Source: Archangium sp.
GTDB lineage: Bacteria > Myxococcota > Myxococcia > Myxococcales > Myxococcaceae
Length of the DNA: 58,769 nt
Direction of reading: 5' to 3'
NCBI GenBank assembly: GCA_031367385.1
Contig: JANLPS010000188.1
Coordinates: forward strand, 1 to 58,769
Made by a program: the position numbers and the translations under genes. Positions 32,218-42,710 of this stretch are shown here, piece after piece. Under the pieces are notes generated by a model. The model was not told the origin of the DNA and made no database searches. It was given only the letters and a program-made list of their open reading frames with translations. Within the stretch, counting starts at the first letter, position 1, and every line of letters begins with the position of its first letter.

Positions 32218-33158
32218 ACGACGTGATTCGAGCGGGTTTGATGGCAACGCAGAAGCGGTTGCCTTCGGCGTTGCTCTACGACGATCTGGGGTCGGTGCTG
32301 TTCGAGGCGATCACCTTGATGCCAGAATACGAGGTGGCTCGCGTCGACGCGCGAATGCTCAAGGCCCACGTCGGCGATGCGCTCTTGCAGCTCACCGGCC
32401 CTCTCGAGATCATCGAGCTTGGGCCCGGGCACGGCCGCAAAGCCCGCGTGGTGCTGAACGCGCTGGTGAAGCGCCAAACAGAGACCACATTCATCGCCGT
32501 CGATGTCTCGGCCTCAGCGCTCGAGGCCTGCCAGAGCCACTTAGAAGACCTGCAGAGCGTCACGTTCTCGTGCATCGAAGACACGTTCATCAACGGGCTC
32601 AAGCGTGTGGGTGCGCGGCCACACAATCACCGGCGGCTGGTGCTCTTTCTGGGCAGCAACCTCTCGAACTTCGACCGACACGAATCGCAGGCTTTCTTTC
32701 ACGACGTTCGCGCCGCGCTGCAACCAGGTGACGCGCTGCTGCTCAGCACTGACTTCGAGAAGCCCGCCTCGCGGTTGCTGCCAGCCTACGACGACGCGCT
32801 CGGCATCACCGCCGCGTTCAATAAAAACGTATTGGTGAGACTCAACCGCGAGCTCGGCGCCGATTTCGACGTCACTCTTTTCGAGCACGAAGCCTCGTGG
32901 AACATCGGTGCACGCCGAGTTGAAATGCACCTGCGTGCCACCGAGGCGTGCGACGTTCGGGTCGAGAAATTGGGCCTCGACCTTCACCTCGCGCAGGGAG
33001 AGACCATTTGGACGGAGTCGAGTCACCGCTTCAACATCGATGAGCTGCGAGCGTGGGGCCGTGCGGCTGGTCTGAAAGTCGTTCAATCGTGGGTCGATGC
33101 CCAGTGGCCGTTGGGGCTGACCCTGTTCGTCGCAACCGAAGAGCACCACCAACCCTAG
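32214..33158 (+). CDS. egtD: L-histidine N-alpha-methyltransferase
   Basis: LYDDLGSVLFEAIT..PEY, ELGPG, FLGSNLSNF, AYDDALGITAAFNKN, RVEMHL and IWTESS. GTGA overlap with egtB. Confidence 0.9.
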   Translation: MNDVIRAGLMATQKRLPSALLYDDLGSVLFEAITLMPEYEVARVDARMLKAHVGDALLQLTGPLEIIELGPGHGRKARVVLNALVKRQTETTFIAVDVSASALEACQSHLEDLQSVTFSCIEDTFINGLKRVGARPHNHRRLVLFLGSNLSNFDRHESQAFFHDVRAALQPGDALLLSTDFEKPASRLLPAYDDALGITAAFNKNVLVRLNRELGADFDVTLFEHEASWNIGARRVEMHLRATEACDVRVEKLGLDLHLAQGETIWTESSHRFNIDELRAWGRAAGLKVVQSWVDAQWPLGLTLFVATEEHHQP

Positions 33159-33167
33159 GAGCACACC

Positions 33168-33455
33168 ATGAAACGCGCAGAATGGAACGGCACAGTCATC
33201 GCCGAGTCGTCAGACATCGTCACCGTCGAAGGCAACGCGTATTTCCCCGAGGCGTCTTTGAAGAAAGAGTTCTTCACGCCGAGCCACACCCACACCACCT
33301 GCGCGTGGAAGGGCGAGGCCAGCTATTTGAGCGTGGTCGTCGAAGGCAAGACCAACGCCGACGCTGCGTGGTTCTACCCGCACCCCAAAGATGCCGCGAA
33401 GCAGATCACCAACCGCGTGGCCTTTTGGAAGGGCGTCACCGTCAGCGACGCATGA
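33168..33455 (+). CDS. DUF427 domain protein
   Basis: VIAESS..VEGNAYFP, TTCAWKGEASY and AAWFYPHPK. AGGAG RBS overlaps the egtD stop. Confidence 0.92.
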   Translation: MKRAEWNGTVIAESSDIVTVEGNAYFPEASLKKEFFTPSHTHTTCAWKGEASYLSVVVEGKTNADAAWFYPHPKDAAKQITNRVAFWKGVTVSDA

Positions 33456-33600
33456 TCGACTTCGAGAACGCGACGAAGCGAGCAGCTCCTCGCCTCGCCC
33501 CGGCGTCAAGTCGAGGCCGTGTACCGCGGCGTCACCGACACCAACTTCGAAGACGACTACGACGTGAACAGCATCACCTTCGCGACCGAGCCCCCAGGTC
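33452..33600 (+). pseudogene. Possible frameshifted gene remnant
   Basis: ATG 33452 overlaps the DUF427 stop and reads MIDFENATK. Coding-like GC3 continues only in the +1 frame from 33480 (EQLLASPRRQVEAVYRGVTDTNFEDDYDVNSITF). Confidence 0.35.
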
Positions 33601-34914
33601 GCGCAACGCTTCTTCGAAGGTCGGGTGGTAGTAGGGCAGGCGCGAGAGCTGGGAGGCGGTCGTCTTCTGCGAGACGGCCATCGCCACCAGGTGCGCGAGG
33701 TGCTCAACACGAGGGCCTACCATTTCGGCGCCCACCACGACCTGCGTTCGATCGTCGAAATACACCTGCAGCAGCCCGTACGGCTCGAGCGCAATCTTGG
33801 CCCGGCTCGTGTCGGCAAACCTCGCCTGTGAGCGATTCATCTGCTTGGTGAATCTGGCGCCGACCCGAGCCGCGTTCGGCGATGTGAACACGATGCTGAT
33901 CGGCGTTTTGCGGTGCGAAGGCCGGGGCTTTGTTGCGAGGGCGTTGAGCGCCGCGATTCGGCCCTCATCGTGCGCCTCGTGCAACACCGGCGCGGCCGTT
34001 CTCGGGTCGGCATCACCGGCGAAGAACACGCTCGAGCGGCCGGCTCGCATCGTCGCTGCATCGACCTTGGGCAACCCAAGCTCGTCGAGCGGCTCGCCAA
34101 TTCGTTCGAGCCCGAGCCCCTCGACGTTCGGGGTTCGGCCCAATGCCACCAACACCGCGTCGACTGTCACCTGGTGCCCGCCACCACGCACTCGAATCTC
34201 GCCGGTCAGCTCTGCGGTCGCACCCGTGAATACCGGGTACTCGGCGCGTAAGGCCCTCAAGAGCTCCCCGCTCACCTGAGCGCTCGTCAAGCCCGCAACC
34301 AGCTGCAATTTTTCGAAGGCGGTGACCTTGGTGCCGAGACGAGAGAGGGCTTGCGCCAACTCGACCCCAACGGCCCCTTGACCGAGCACCGCAACCCGGC
34401 GCGGGAGTCGCTTGAGCTCGAACAAGGTGTCGGTCGTCAGCGCCCTCGCACCCAGCGCACGAAACGGCTCGGGCACCACTGGCTTGGAGCCCGTCGCGAC
34501 GATGACTCGGCGCGCGTGAATGACTCGCTTTTCGTCGATGACGACGCTGGTCGCGGTTTCAAATCGGGCGTGCCCCTCGATGGCTCGTGCGCCAAGCCCG
34601 CTCGTGTCTTTCAGCATGCCTTCGACGAAGGCGTCTCGCATCGCGCGCACGCGACTCATGACCTTCCGATCATTTGCCCGAACGCCGCTGCTGCCCTCGA
34701 TGCCCAGCGATTTGAATCGCCGGGCTTCGTGAGCCGCGTTCGCTGCTTCGATCAGCAACTTCGACGGCATGCAGCCAGAGCGTGCGCACATCGTGCCCCA
34801 TTGGCCGCTGTTGACGATGGCGAAGCGCTGAGTGTGCTTGCGCACTTCGCGCAGAGCGGCAAGACCGGCAGAGCCGGCCCCAAGTATTAAAATATCGATC
34901 GGGTCGTGGCGCAT
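33574..34914 (-). CDS. Stand-alone flavin disulfide oxidoreductase (dihydrolipoyl dehydrogenase-like)
   Basis: GAGSAG, GTMCARSGCMPSK redox disulfide, ATGS, GQGAVGVE, FAGD and YHPTFEE. Confidence 0.9.
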   Translation of the reverse strand: MRHDPIDILILGAGSAGLAALREVRKHTQRFAIVNSGQWGTMCARSGCMPSKLLIEAANAAHEARRFKSLGIEGSSGVRANDRKVMSRVRAMRDAFVEGMLKDTSGLGARAIEGHARFETATSVVIDEKRVIHARRVIVATGSKPVVPEPFRALGARALTTDTLFELKRLPRRVAVLGQGAVGVELAQALSRLGTKVTAFEKLQLVAGLTSAQVSGELLRALRAEYPVFTGATAELTGEIRVRGGGHQVTVDAVLVALGRTPNVEGLGLERIGEPLDELGLPKVDAATMRAGRSSVFFAGDADPRTAAPVLHEAHDEGRIAALNALATKPRPSHRKTPISIVFTSPNAARVGARFTKQMNRSQARFADTSRAKIALEPYGLLQVYFDDRTQVVVGAEMVGPRVEHLAHLVAMAVSQKTTASQLSRLPYYHPTFEEALRDLGARSRR

Positions 34915-35262
34915 GGGCGCTTCAGGCTACGTCGAAAGCCCCGGCGCGCCTCGGGCGTTCGATGCGCCTTCGCGTCGATTTTACGCCGTGACGAAGCCCG
35001 CCAACCTGCTGACGCTTGAGTTTCATCGCGCTCCTGCATCGCTCAAAGGGCGAGCTGGGCGTCGCCTGCTGCTGACCGCCCAGCACCACTGACTCGCCGC
35101 TGCCGCGCCACTGCGCCTGGGGCAAACCACTGCCAAAAGCACACCCCGCCGCCCCGCAACGGGCCTTCAACCCTGAGTCGCCGGGCCGCCCTATGCGTGG
35201 CAGTCGAACCGGAGGGGCGCTCGCGAAGCTGCTCGCACGAGGTAGCTCGCGGCGTGAGCGGT

Positions 35263-36351
35263 TCAGTGCGCCGCGAAGAAGTCGAGAATGACTTGGTTGG
35301 CGGAGATGTCGGTCGAGATGGTGCCGGCGTTCGCCCCGCCCGAGCCACTGGGCCACGTGTGACCACCGCCGATCACTTCGTAGAGCTCGACCTCGCTGCC
35401 CGCCGGGCAGTTGTAGGCGTGCCTCAGCACCGTGGTGCCGTCGTTGGTGGTGTCAGGCAACATCGTGGTGACCTTGCCGGCGGAGCAGCCGTTGCGCGTG
35501 GTCCACCCGGCGAGGGTGTCGGCGACGCCGATCTTCGAGCCCGGGTTGGTGTCGGCGCACGAGATGGCTCCGCCGTCGAACGGCCAGCACGGGTCATCGG
35601 TGCCGTGAATCTCGAGCACTGGCGTCGGTGCGGTGCAGGGCCTGGTCGTCGAGTATTGGTTGCCGCCCGCAACCGGCGCGATGCCGGCGATGAGGTCGGG
35701 CAGCTCGCACGCCAGCGCTTCACTCATCGCGGCGCCGTTGGAGTGGCCGGTGGCGAACACGCGGTGCTCGTCGTAGTGCACCGCGCCCTTGAGGTCGGTG
35801 AGCAGGGCGGTGAAGTAGGCTTTCTCGTCGATGCCGGCGTTGCACGCATTGCCCGAGACGCATTGCCAGCCACCGTCACCGCCGCCCGCGTTCCACGTTC
35901 TGAACTTCATCGCGGGGCCGGAGGTGCCGTCGGGGTACACCACGATGAAGCCCTTTCGGTCGGCGGTGGGGCTGAAGCAATTGGCAGAGCTCAGGTCTGC
36001 GCTGGGGCACGCCGTCTTCTTGGCGATCTCCCGGTCGCCGCCGCCGCCGTGCAGCACCAGCACCACTGGCAACGGGGTGACGCCGTCATACCCGGAGGGG
36101 ATGTGCAGGTCGTACTGTCGGTTTGGGAAGCCGCTGATGGTGCGGGTCGAATCTCCGGGGGCGCCCAGGCGGGAGCCGCCGTCTGATGTGACGGGCCCAG
36201 CGTCGATCGCGCTGCCCGCATCGGCGAGCCCACCGCCATCGGAGGCTCCGGCTCCGCCTGCGTCTTGGCCCGCGGTGACTCCGCCATCGGCGCTCGAGGG
36301 TGGGCCACAAGCGGCGAAAATCAGGAGAGAAATGAAGAGACCGAGTCGCAT
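35263..36351 (-). CDS. PHB-depolymerase-family (LpqC-like) esterase, lipoprotein
   Basis: Lipobox FAAC, DAG/DGG linker, VLVLHGGGG, VYPDG, GHSNGA, IHGTDD and GGGHTWP. Confidence 0.88.
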   Translation of the reverse strand: MRLGLFISLLIFAACGPPSSADGGVTAGQDAGGAGASDGGGLADAGSAIDAGPVTSDGGSRLGAPGDSTRTISGFPNRQYDLHIPSGYDGVTPLPVVLVLHGGGGDREIAKKTACPSADLSSANCFSPTADRKGFIVVYPDGTSGPAMKFRTWNAGGGDGGWQCVSGNACNAGIDEKAYFTALLTDLKGAVHYDEHRVFATGHSNGAAMSEALACELPDLIAGIAPVAGGNQYSTTRPCTAPTPVLEIHGTDDPCWPFDGGAISCADTNPGSKIGVADTLAGWTTRNGCSAGKVTTMLPDTTNDGTTVLRHAYNCPAGSEVELYEVIGGGHTWPSGSGGANAGTISTDISANQVILDFFAAH

Positions 36352-36765
36352 GTGGGTGCGTTGAACCCGCGTGTGGGGGGAAGGTTTCGGTTTAATTCAG
36401 CGCCGCTTGAACGTCGAAGAACTGGTGGGCCATACGGGCGACTCAGCAAGCCAGGCCGCACGCCGCGTCAGCGGCCCGGAGGGGCATGCGAATGGTTCCA
36501 ACACCGGCGGATACCGCGCTTGGCGCAACGCCCGAATTGGATATGACGCGTTCGCTTTCCCAGAGCGGTGCGGTGAGATCATCTCGAGGGTCAGTCACGT
36601 TGCGCGATGATCAGGGCTTGCTCGCATTCGAGCAACGGCTGAAAACCTCTCCTTGCCAGCGCCGAATTCGATGTGGCGCGGCTCCCTCGACGACATTGGT
36701 GCGTGAAGTCATCTGCCTGCCGACACCCCTCCCTTCGCCACGGCGAGCTTTGGTCAAGAAGCCCT

Positions 36766-38211
36766 TCATGGCAGGCGCTGCGTGAAGTCATTCGCCGGCG
36801 AACACTCGCTTTGCACGATGACCAGCGCGAGGTCCCCGTCGACCGCCAGCTCCCGGCCCGCAGTCGTGCCGCGAGGGCCGATGAAGGCGTTCACTTCGGT
36901 GCTCACTGCGGGGGGCCGAGTCGCATCGAAGAGTGGAATCTTTCGGTGCAAGGCACTGAACCCGGCGCTCGAATCGACCTCGCGCGTGAGCATCTCGACG
37001 CCGCACACCTCTGGCGACTTGCCGGCTCGAGCGAGCAACCGATTCTCGGGGCCGCCATCGTCGAAGACGGGCGACTGGTCGTTGACGTGGCCGATGCCGA
37101 GCGCTCGCCAGCTCAACGTGGTCACGCGAGGCTGAAGCAGCAACGCCAGCACCAGCAGCAAGGCCGCACCCCAGCCCGCCGAGCGACGCCACGCGAACAC
37201 ACCCTCGACCCCCATCGCGGCCAGCACCCCGAGCAGCGGCAGCACGGGCAAGACGAACCGCAGCTCCTTGTGCGCGACGGCGGTGTGCGCGGTGACGAAC
37301 AGCACGAGCATCGCGCTCACGGGCCATGCGCGCTTCGCCCCGAGCACCGCCGCCGCTGCCGAGACGACCGCCAGGCCGCCCATCGTCGTCACAAGGTGGA
37401 GCGGATAGAAGCCAGGGCCGGAGACGCCGAACTGCGCCGCGCGCCCCTCGACCCAGTTGAAGCGCAGATACTCGCGGGCCGATTGAAACGGGCCACCCCA
37501 GGTTGCCCAGTCGAGCGCGCCCAGCAGCAGCGCTCCAGCGCTCAGCGTGGTCAGGGCATACAGCGCGAATCGACGATGGCCCCTCAGCAGCCAGGTCACA
37601 GGCACCAGCACCACGATCAACCCGAGGTGCAATCTGAGCATCACGGCCAGCGCCAGCAAGGCACTGCCGAGCACCACTTCACGCGCCGTGGCCTCGCGGC
37701 GAAGCGACCAGGCCAAGCCCAGCACCAAGGGGAGCGTGCATGCCGACTCGCCGAGCGCCCGCGGCCCGAGCACGATGCCCAGATTCAGCAGCGCCCAGAA
37801 CGAGCTGGCCAGCAGCGCGGCGAGGCTGCTCCCTCCCAGAGCGCTCACCAGCCGGGCACAGGCCCAGCACGTCAGCCCTGAGGTCAGTGCCAGCAGCAGC
37901 TTCGGCCCCAGCGCACTGGTCGTCAGCGCCATCGCGGGAGCGAGCAGCGCCGGCAAGACCCAAGGGCGCGCGCCGACCACGAACTCCCAGGGCACGAAGC
38001 CATTGCCGTACAGCAACCGGTGCGCTTGCTCGAGCGATTGAAAGACCTCGTCGGGGTAGATCAAGCCGTCGTCACGCACCGCGAGCACTGCGCGCAGGGC
38101 ACAGGCACCGACGGTGATGAGCCAGACCGCACCTCGCGGGTGGCTGGCAGGTTGATGAGAAGCACCCGGCCGAGCCCGATCGGCGTCGAGCGATACGAGT
38201 GCCTTGCGCAT
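36766..38211 (-). CDS. GT22 (PIG-B/Alg9-like) GT-C fold mannosyltransferase homologue
   Basis: YPDEVFQSLEQAHRL..G...WEF, YLRFN and HKELRFVLP, with multiple transmembrane segments. Start uncertain. Confidence 0.8.
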   Translation of the reverse strand: MRKALVSLDADRARPGASHQPASHPRGAVWLITVGACALRAVLAVRDDGLIYPDEVFQSLEQAHRLLYGNGFVPWEFVVGARPWVLPALLAPAMALTTSALGPKLLLALTSGLTCWACARLVSALGGSSLAALLASSFWALLNLGIVLGPRALGESACTLPLVLGLAWSLRREATAREVVLGSALLALAVMLRLHLGLIVVLVPVTWLLRGHRRFALYALTTLSAGALLLGALDWATWGGPFQSAREYLRFNWVEGRAAQFGVSGPGFYPLHLVTTMGGLAVVSAAAAVLGAKRAWPVSAMLVLFVTAHTAVAHKELRFVLPVLPLLGVLAAMGVEGVFAWRRSAGWGAALLLVLALLLQPRVTTLSWRALGIGHVNDQSPVFDDGGPENRLLARAGKSPEVCGVEMLTREVDSSAGFSALHRKIPLFDATRPPAVSTEVNAFIGPRGTTAGRELAVDGDLALVIVQSECSPANDFTQRLP

Positions 38212-38218
38212 CAGGCCG

Positions 38219-38773
38219 CTACGCCATCGCGGGAGCGAGGCTCGACCAGGCCAGCTCGGCCGAGCGCATCGACTCGGCGTCGTTCTGCAGCCGCGCCCGC
38301 AGCGAAGCGACGACGAACGCCCAGGCCGGGTTCGAGTGCATCGGGCTCTGTTCGAGCGACTCGAGCATCGACCGCGCCAGCTCGACCGGGAGCATCGCCG
38401 GCAAGGCCGACAGACCCGTCGCAGCCTTGAAGACTGAGCGCTTGGCCAGCATCTCGCGGCCCGGGGCGTTGGTGAAGAAGGTGGCCAGGGCCCACAGCGC
38501 GGCCATGATCACGCACAGGGCTGGGCTCCAGGTCGACACGACCGACTCGGCGGCCGCTGCCACGGTGCTCGCAAACGCGAGCCAGCGCACGTAGGCCCAG
38601 CACACGCTCTTCAAGTTCAGCGGTATTCGAAAGCCCCTGCCGCCGTGCCGCATCACGAAGAAGGAGCCGAGCGGTATCAGGGGCACCCCGATGGCGAAAA
38701 ACCGGGTCTGAATGAACTCGCCGCCGACGCGGTCGATGGTACCCGTCAACATGGTGCCAAAGCGGAAGACCAT
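38219..38773 (-). CDS. Hypothetical membrane protein
   Basis: Coding-like ORF with TRFFAIGVPLIPLGS and two hydrophobic segments; lies 7 bp upstream of the GT22 gene. Confidence 0.6.
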   Translation of the reverse strand: MVFRFGTMLTGTIDRVGGEFIQTRFFAIGVPLIPLGSFFVMRHGGRGFRIPLNLKSVCWAYVRWLAFASTVAAAAESVVSTWSPALCVIMAALWALATFFTNAPGREMLAKRSVFKAATGLSALPAMLPVELARSMLESLEQSPMHSNPAWAFVVASLRARLQNDAESMRSAELAWSSLAPAMA

Positions 38774-38884
38774 GGGGAGTCAACACCCGGCCCCGGGTCT
38801 CTGCGCAACGCTGATCGCACATCTTTTCTGATGTCACGAGACAGCCGGCGTGCCGTTTCGATGGCCGTAACAACCCAAGTCGGG

Positions 38885-39190
38885 TCAGGGTCGCAACGCG
38901 GCGTCGATCAGCTTGGCCGACTCGGTGTCGAGGCTGATGAATTCGGCGCCGATGCCCTCGGTGCTCACGTGGGTGACGCGGCAAAAGGCGCTGACCAACA
39001 ACGAGTCGCGGCCAGGAGCGAACTGAACGTGCACGGTGGTGTCGGGCGTGAACGGCTTTCGGGTCTCGATGAACAAGCCGCCAAGCGACAGGTCGGTCGC
39101 GTAGTCGATCTCGAAGCTCTCGCCCGCGGCGACCTGGTGCTGCACCAGCAGGCGAACAGGCATTCTGGGGTCTTCTCGGCGCTCGGGCAT
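38885..39190 (-). CDS. PilZ-domain protein (myxobacterial paralogous family)
   Basis: RREDPR (RxxxR), DLSLGG (DxSxxG) and GIGAEF. Confidence 0.85.
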   Translation of the reverse strand: MPERREDPRMPVRLLVQHQVAAGESFEIDYATDLSLGGLFIETRKPFTPDTTVHVQFAPGRDSLLVSAFCRVTHVSTEGIGAEFISLDTESAKLIDAALRP

Positions 39191-39271
39191 CGGGGCGGCG
39201 CACCTTGCCCAACCCTTTGCCCCGTTGCAAGGCACCGGGCCCGGTGAAGAACCGCACATGACAACCATGCT

Positions 39272-39290
39272 TATAATAATCTCGATTATA
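39272..39290. promoter_or_regulatory. AT-rich palindrome TATAAT-N7-ATTATA between the divergent PilZ and GT4 genes
   Basis: TATAATAATCTCGATTATA is read directly and matches the classical Fur box at 12 of 19 positions. Confidence 0.45.
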
Positions 39291-39348
39291 TCTATCACTA
39301 CCATATGCATGAATGGTTCTCTCGAGAGCCCAGGTGTAAGACGAGCCA

Positions 39349-40446
39349 GTGAAGCCGGTCGCCCTCGACGCCACGCTTTGGGACGAGCCGATCACTGGCA
39401 TCGCGCTGTACGTGCGCGAGCTCTCTCGGGCGCTTCAGGCACGAGGCACGACGGTCGAACGATGGGGTGCCGCCCGCTCGGGAGAGCAGCCGCGCCGCGA
39501 CTGGTCACGCTCCTGGTGGACGGTGGGGCGACTGCCGGGCCTGCTCCACGCTGAGCGGCCCCGCCTCTACCACGCGGTGGCGAACTTCAATTTGCCCCTG
39601 CGCCCCACACCGGGCGTACCCTTCGTGCTCACCGTTCACGACCTGGTGCCGCTGCTGCTGCCTGACACCGTGTCGAGGGCGTATCGGTGGCAGTTTCGCG
39701 CCTGGTTGGCCAGCAGCCTCCGGGTGGCCGACGCAGTCATTTGCGTGAGCGAGGTCACGCGGCAAAGCCTGCTGGCCCAGTTCGAGGTCAGCCCTGAGCA
39801 GGTGACGGTGATTCACCACGGCGTCGATCACGTGCTGCGCGCCGCGCCCGACCGCACCACCGACGCCTGGCTCGACTCGCTCGGGCTCAAAGCACCGTGG
39901 GTGCTGTACGCCGGCTCGCTCGACGCGAGAAAAAACGTGCAGCTGCTGCTCGCCGCGATGGAGCGGCTCCACCGGAGCGGCCGACGGGTGACGCTGGTCA
40001 TGGCTGGGCAGCGCTGGTTTGGCTCGGGGCCCATCGAGGTCGAGTTGCAACGGGTACGCGCCGCGGGGGTCGACATACGCCCGCTCGGGTACCTGGCCGA
40101 CCCGGTCTTTTATGCCCTGATGCGCCGGGCGGGGGTATTCGTCTTCCCGTCCCGGTACGAGGGGTTCGGGCTGCCCCCCCTCGAGGCGATGCGGCTGGGG
40201 GTGCCGACCATCGTCTCGTCGGGCGGCTCGCTACCCGAGGTGTGCGGCAGCGCCGCGCTGCAGGTCGAGCCCGATGACGTCGAGGGTCTGGCCCGGCACC
40301 TCGAGCAACTGCTCGATCGCCCCGAGCTGCGGCAGAACCTGAGCGAGCGCGGCCTCGCGCACGCAACGTCATTCACGTGGGCACGCACCGCTCAGGCGAC
40401 CGCCGAGGTCTACGCGCGAGTCTCCGGCGACCCAGCTCAACGCTAA
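39349..40446 (+). CDS. GT4-family glycosyltransferase (MtfB/WbpY-like)
   Basis: TGIALY, LTVHDL, YAGSLDARKN and FPSRYEGFGLPPLEAM (EX7E). Confidence 0.92.
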   Translation: MKPVALDATLWDEPITGIALYVRELSRALQARGTTVERWGAARSGEQPRRDWSRSWWTVGRLPGLLHAERPRLYHAVANFNLPLRPTPGVPFVLTVHDLVPLLLPDTVSRAYRWQFRAWLASSLRVADAVICVSEVTRQSLLAQFEVSPEQVTVIHHGVDHVLRAAPDRTTDAWLDSLGLKAPWVLYAGSLDARKNVQLLLAAMERLHRSGRRVTLVMAGQRWFGSGPIEVELQRVRAAGVDIRPLGYLADPVFYALMRRAGVFVFPSRYEGFGLPPLEAMRLGVPTIVSSGGSLPEVCGSAALQVEPDDVEGLARHLEQLLDRPELRQNLSERGLAHATSFTWARTAQATAEVYARVSGDPAQR

Positions 40447-40817
40447 GGGCAGCTTTCACCCTTGTTGACCTTGTCGTTCTTGAGCCCCGACAGGTAGGTG
40501 TAGATCGTCTGCACCTTCGCGTCGGAGAGCTGCGTCGCGCTGAAGCGGGTCATCGTCGAGCAGGTCATCCGGCCGCTCATGGTCGTGCCCGTGCGCACCA
40601 AGGTGAGCAATTGCGCCTGGGTGTAGCCAGCGATGCCCGCGGTGGTCGAGAAGGTGATGTTGGGTCCGATGCCTCCGACGGCGCCGGTACCGTGGCAGCT
40701 CAGGCAATTGGCGATGTAGTTCTTCTCGCCCTCGGTCGGCGTCGCGGGGTCGGCCCCACAGGCTGACACCAAAGCAACGGCTGCGGCGACCATCACTGCA
40801 TTCAGCTTCGTCGACAT
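40443..40817 (-). CDS. Monoheme cytochrome c lipoprotein
   Basis: GAGGAG RBS, lipobox VSAC, CLSCHG, GIGPNI and a candidate axial Met (TMTRF). Confidence 0.85.
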   Translation of the reverse strand: MSTKLNAVMVAAAVALVSACGADPATPTEGEKNYIANCLSCHGTGAVGGIGPNITFSTTAGIAGYTQAQLLTLVRTGTTMSGRMTCSTMTRFSATQLSDAKVQTIYTYLSGLKNDKVNKGESCP

Positions 40818-40936
40818 CGGGTGCTCCTCGTTGAAAATGATGTGCCAGACCCTGCCAGAGCCGCCCGCGCTCGACAATTTTCATTCGTGGTGTCGAAAAA
40901 ACAGACACCTGAACGTGGTGCGTGCACATTCGGCCC

Positions 40937-42610
<1,674 letters not shown>

Positions 42611-42710
42611 TACGAAGAGACGGCGGTCGTGCGTCGGGTGTCGTGCTGCTCGAGAATTGAAACTCCCTCGCTCGTACCTCGACATTCGCCGCAAACGCTC
42701 GGGCTGCGGC

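Noticed and set aside
30919..33158. Selenoneine (sen) or ovothiol (ovoA) cluster
   Set aside because: No senB/selD neighbours and no fused C-terminal methyltransferase. The adjacent egtD favours ergothioneine.
34915..35262. 350-bp intergenic region with short ORFs
   Set aside because: No convincing ORF, RNA motif or repeat found by eye; an Rfam scan would be needed.
36352..36765. 410-bp intergenic region with several 60-100 aa ORFs
   Set aside because: Weak codon bias, no RBS and no motif; cannot be called.
40832..40847. TGGCAC-N5-TTTCA on the minus strand upstream of the cytochrome c gene as a sigma-54 promoter
   Set aside because: Lacks the conserved -12 GC and sits so close to the RBS that the TSS would fall inside it.
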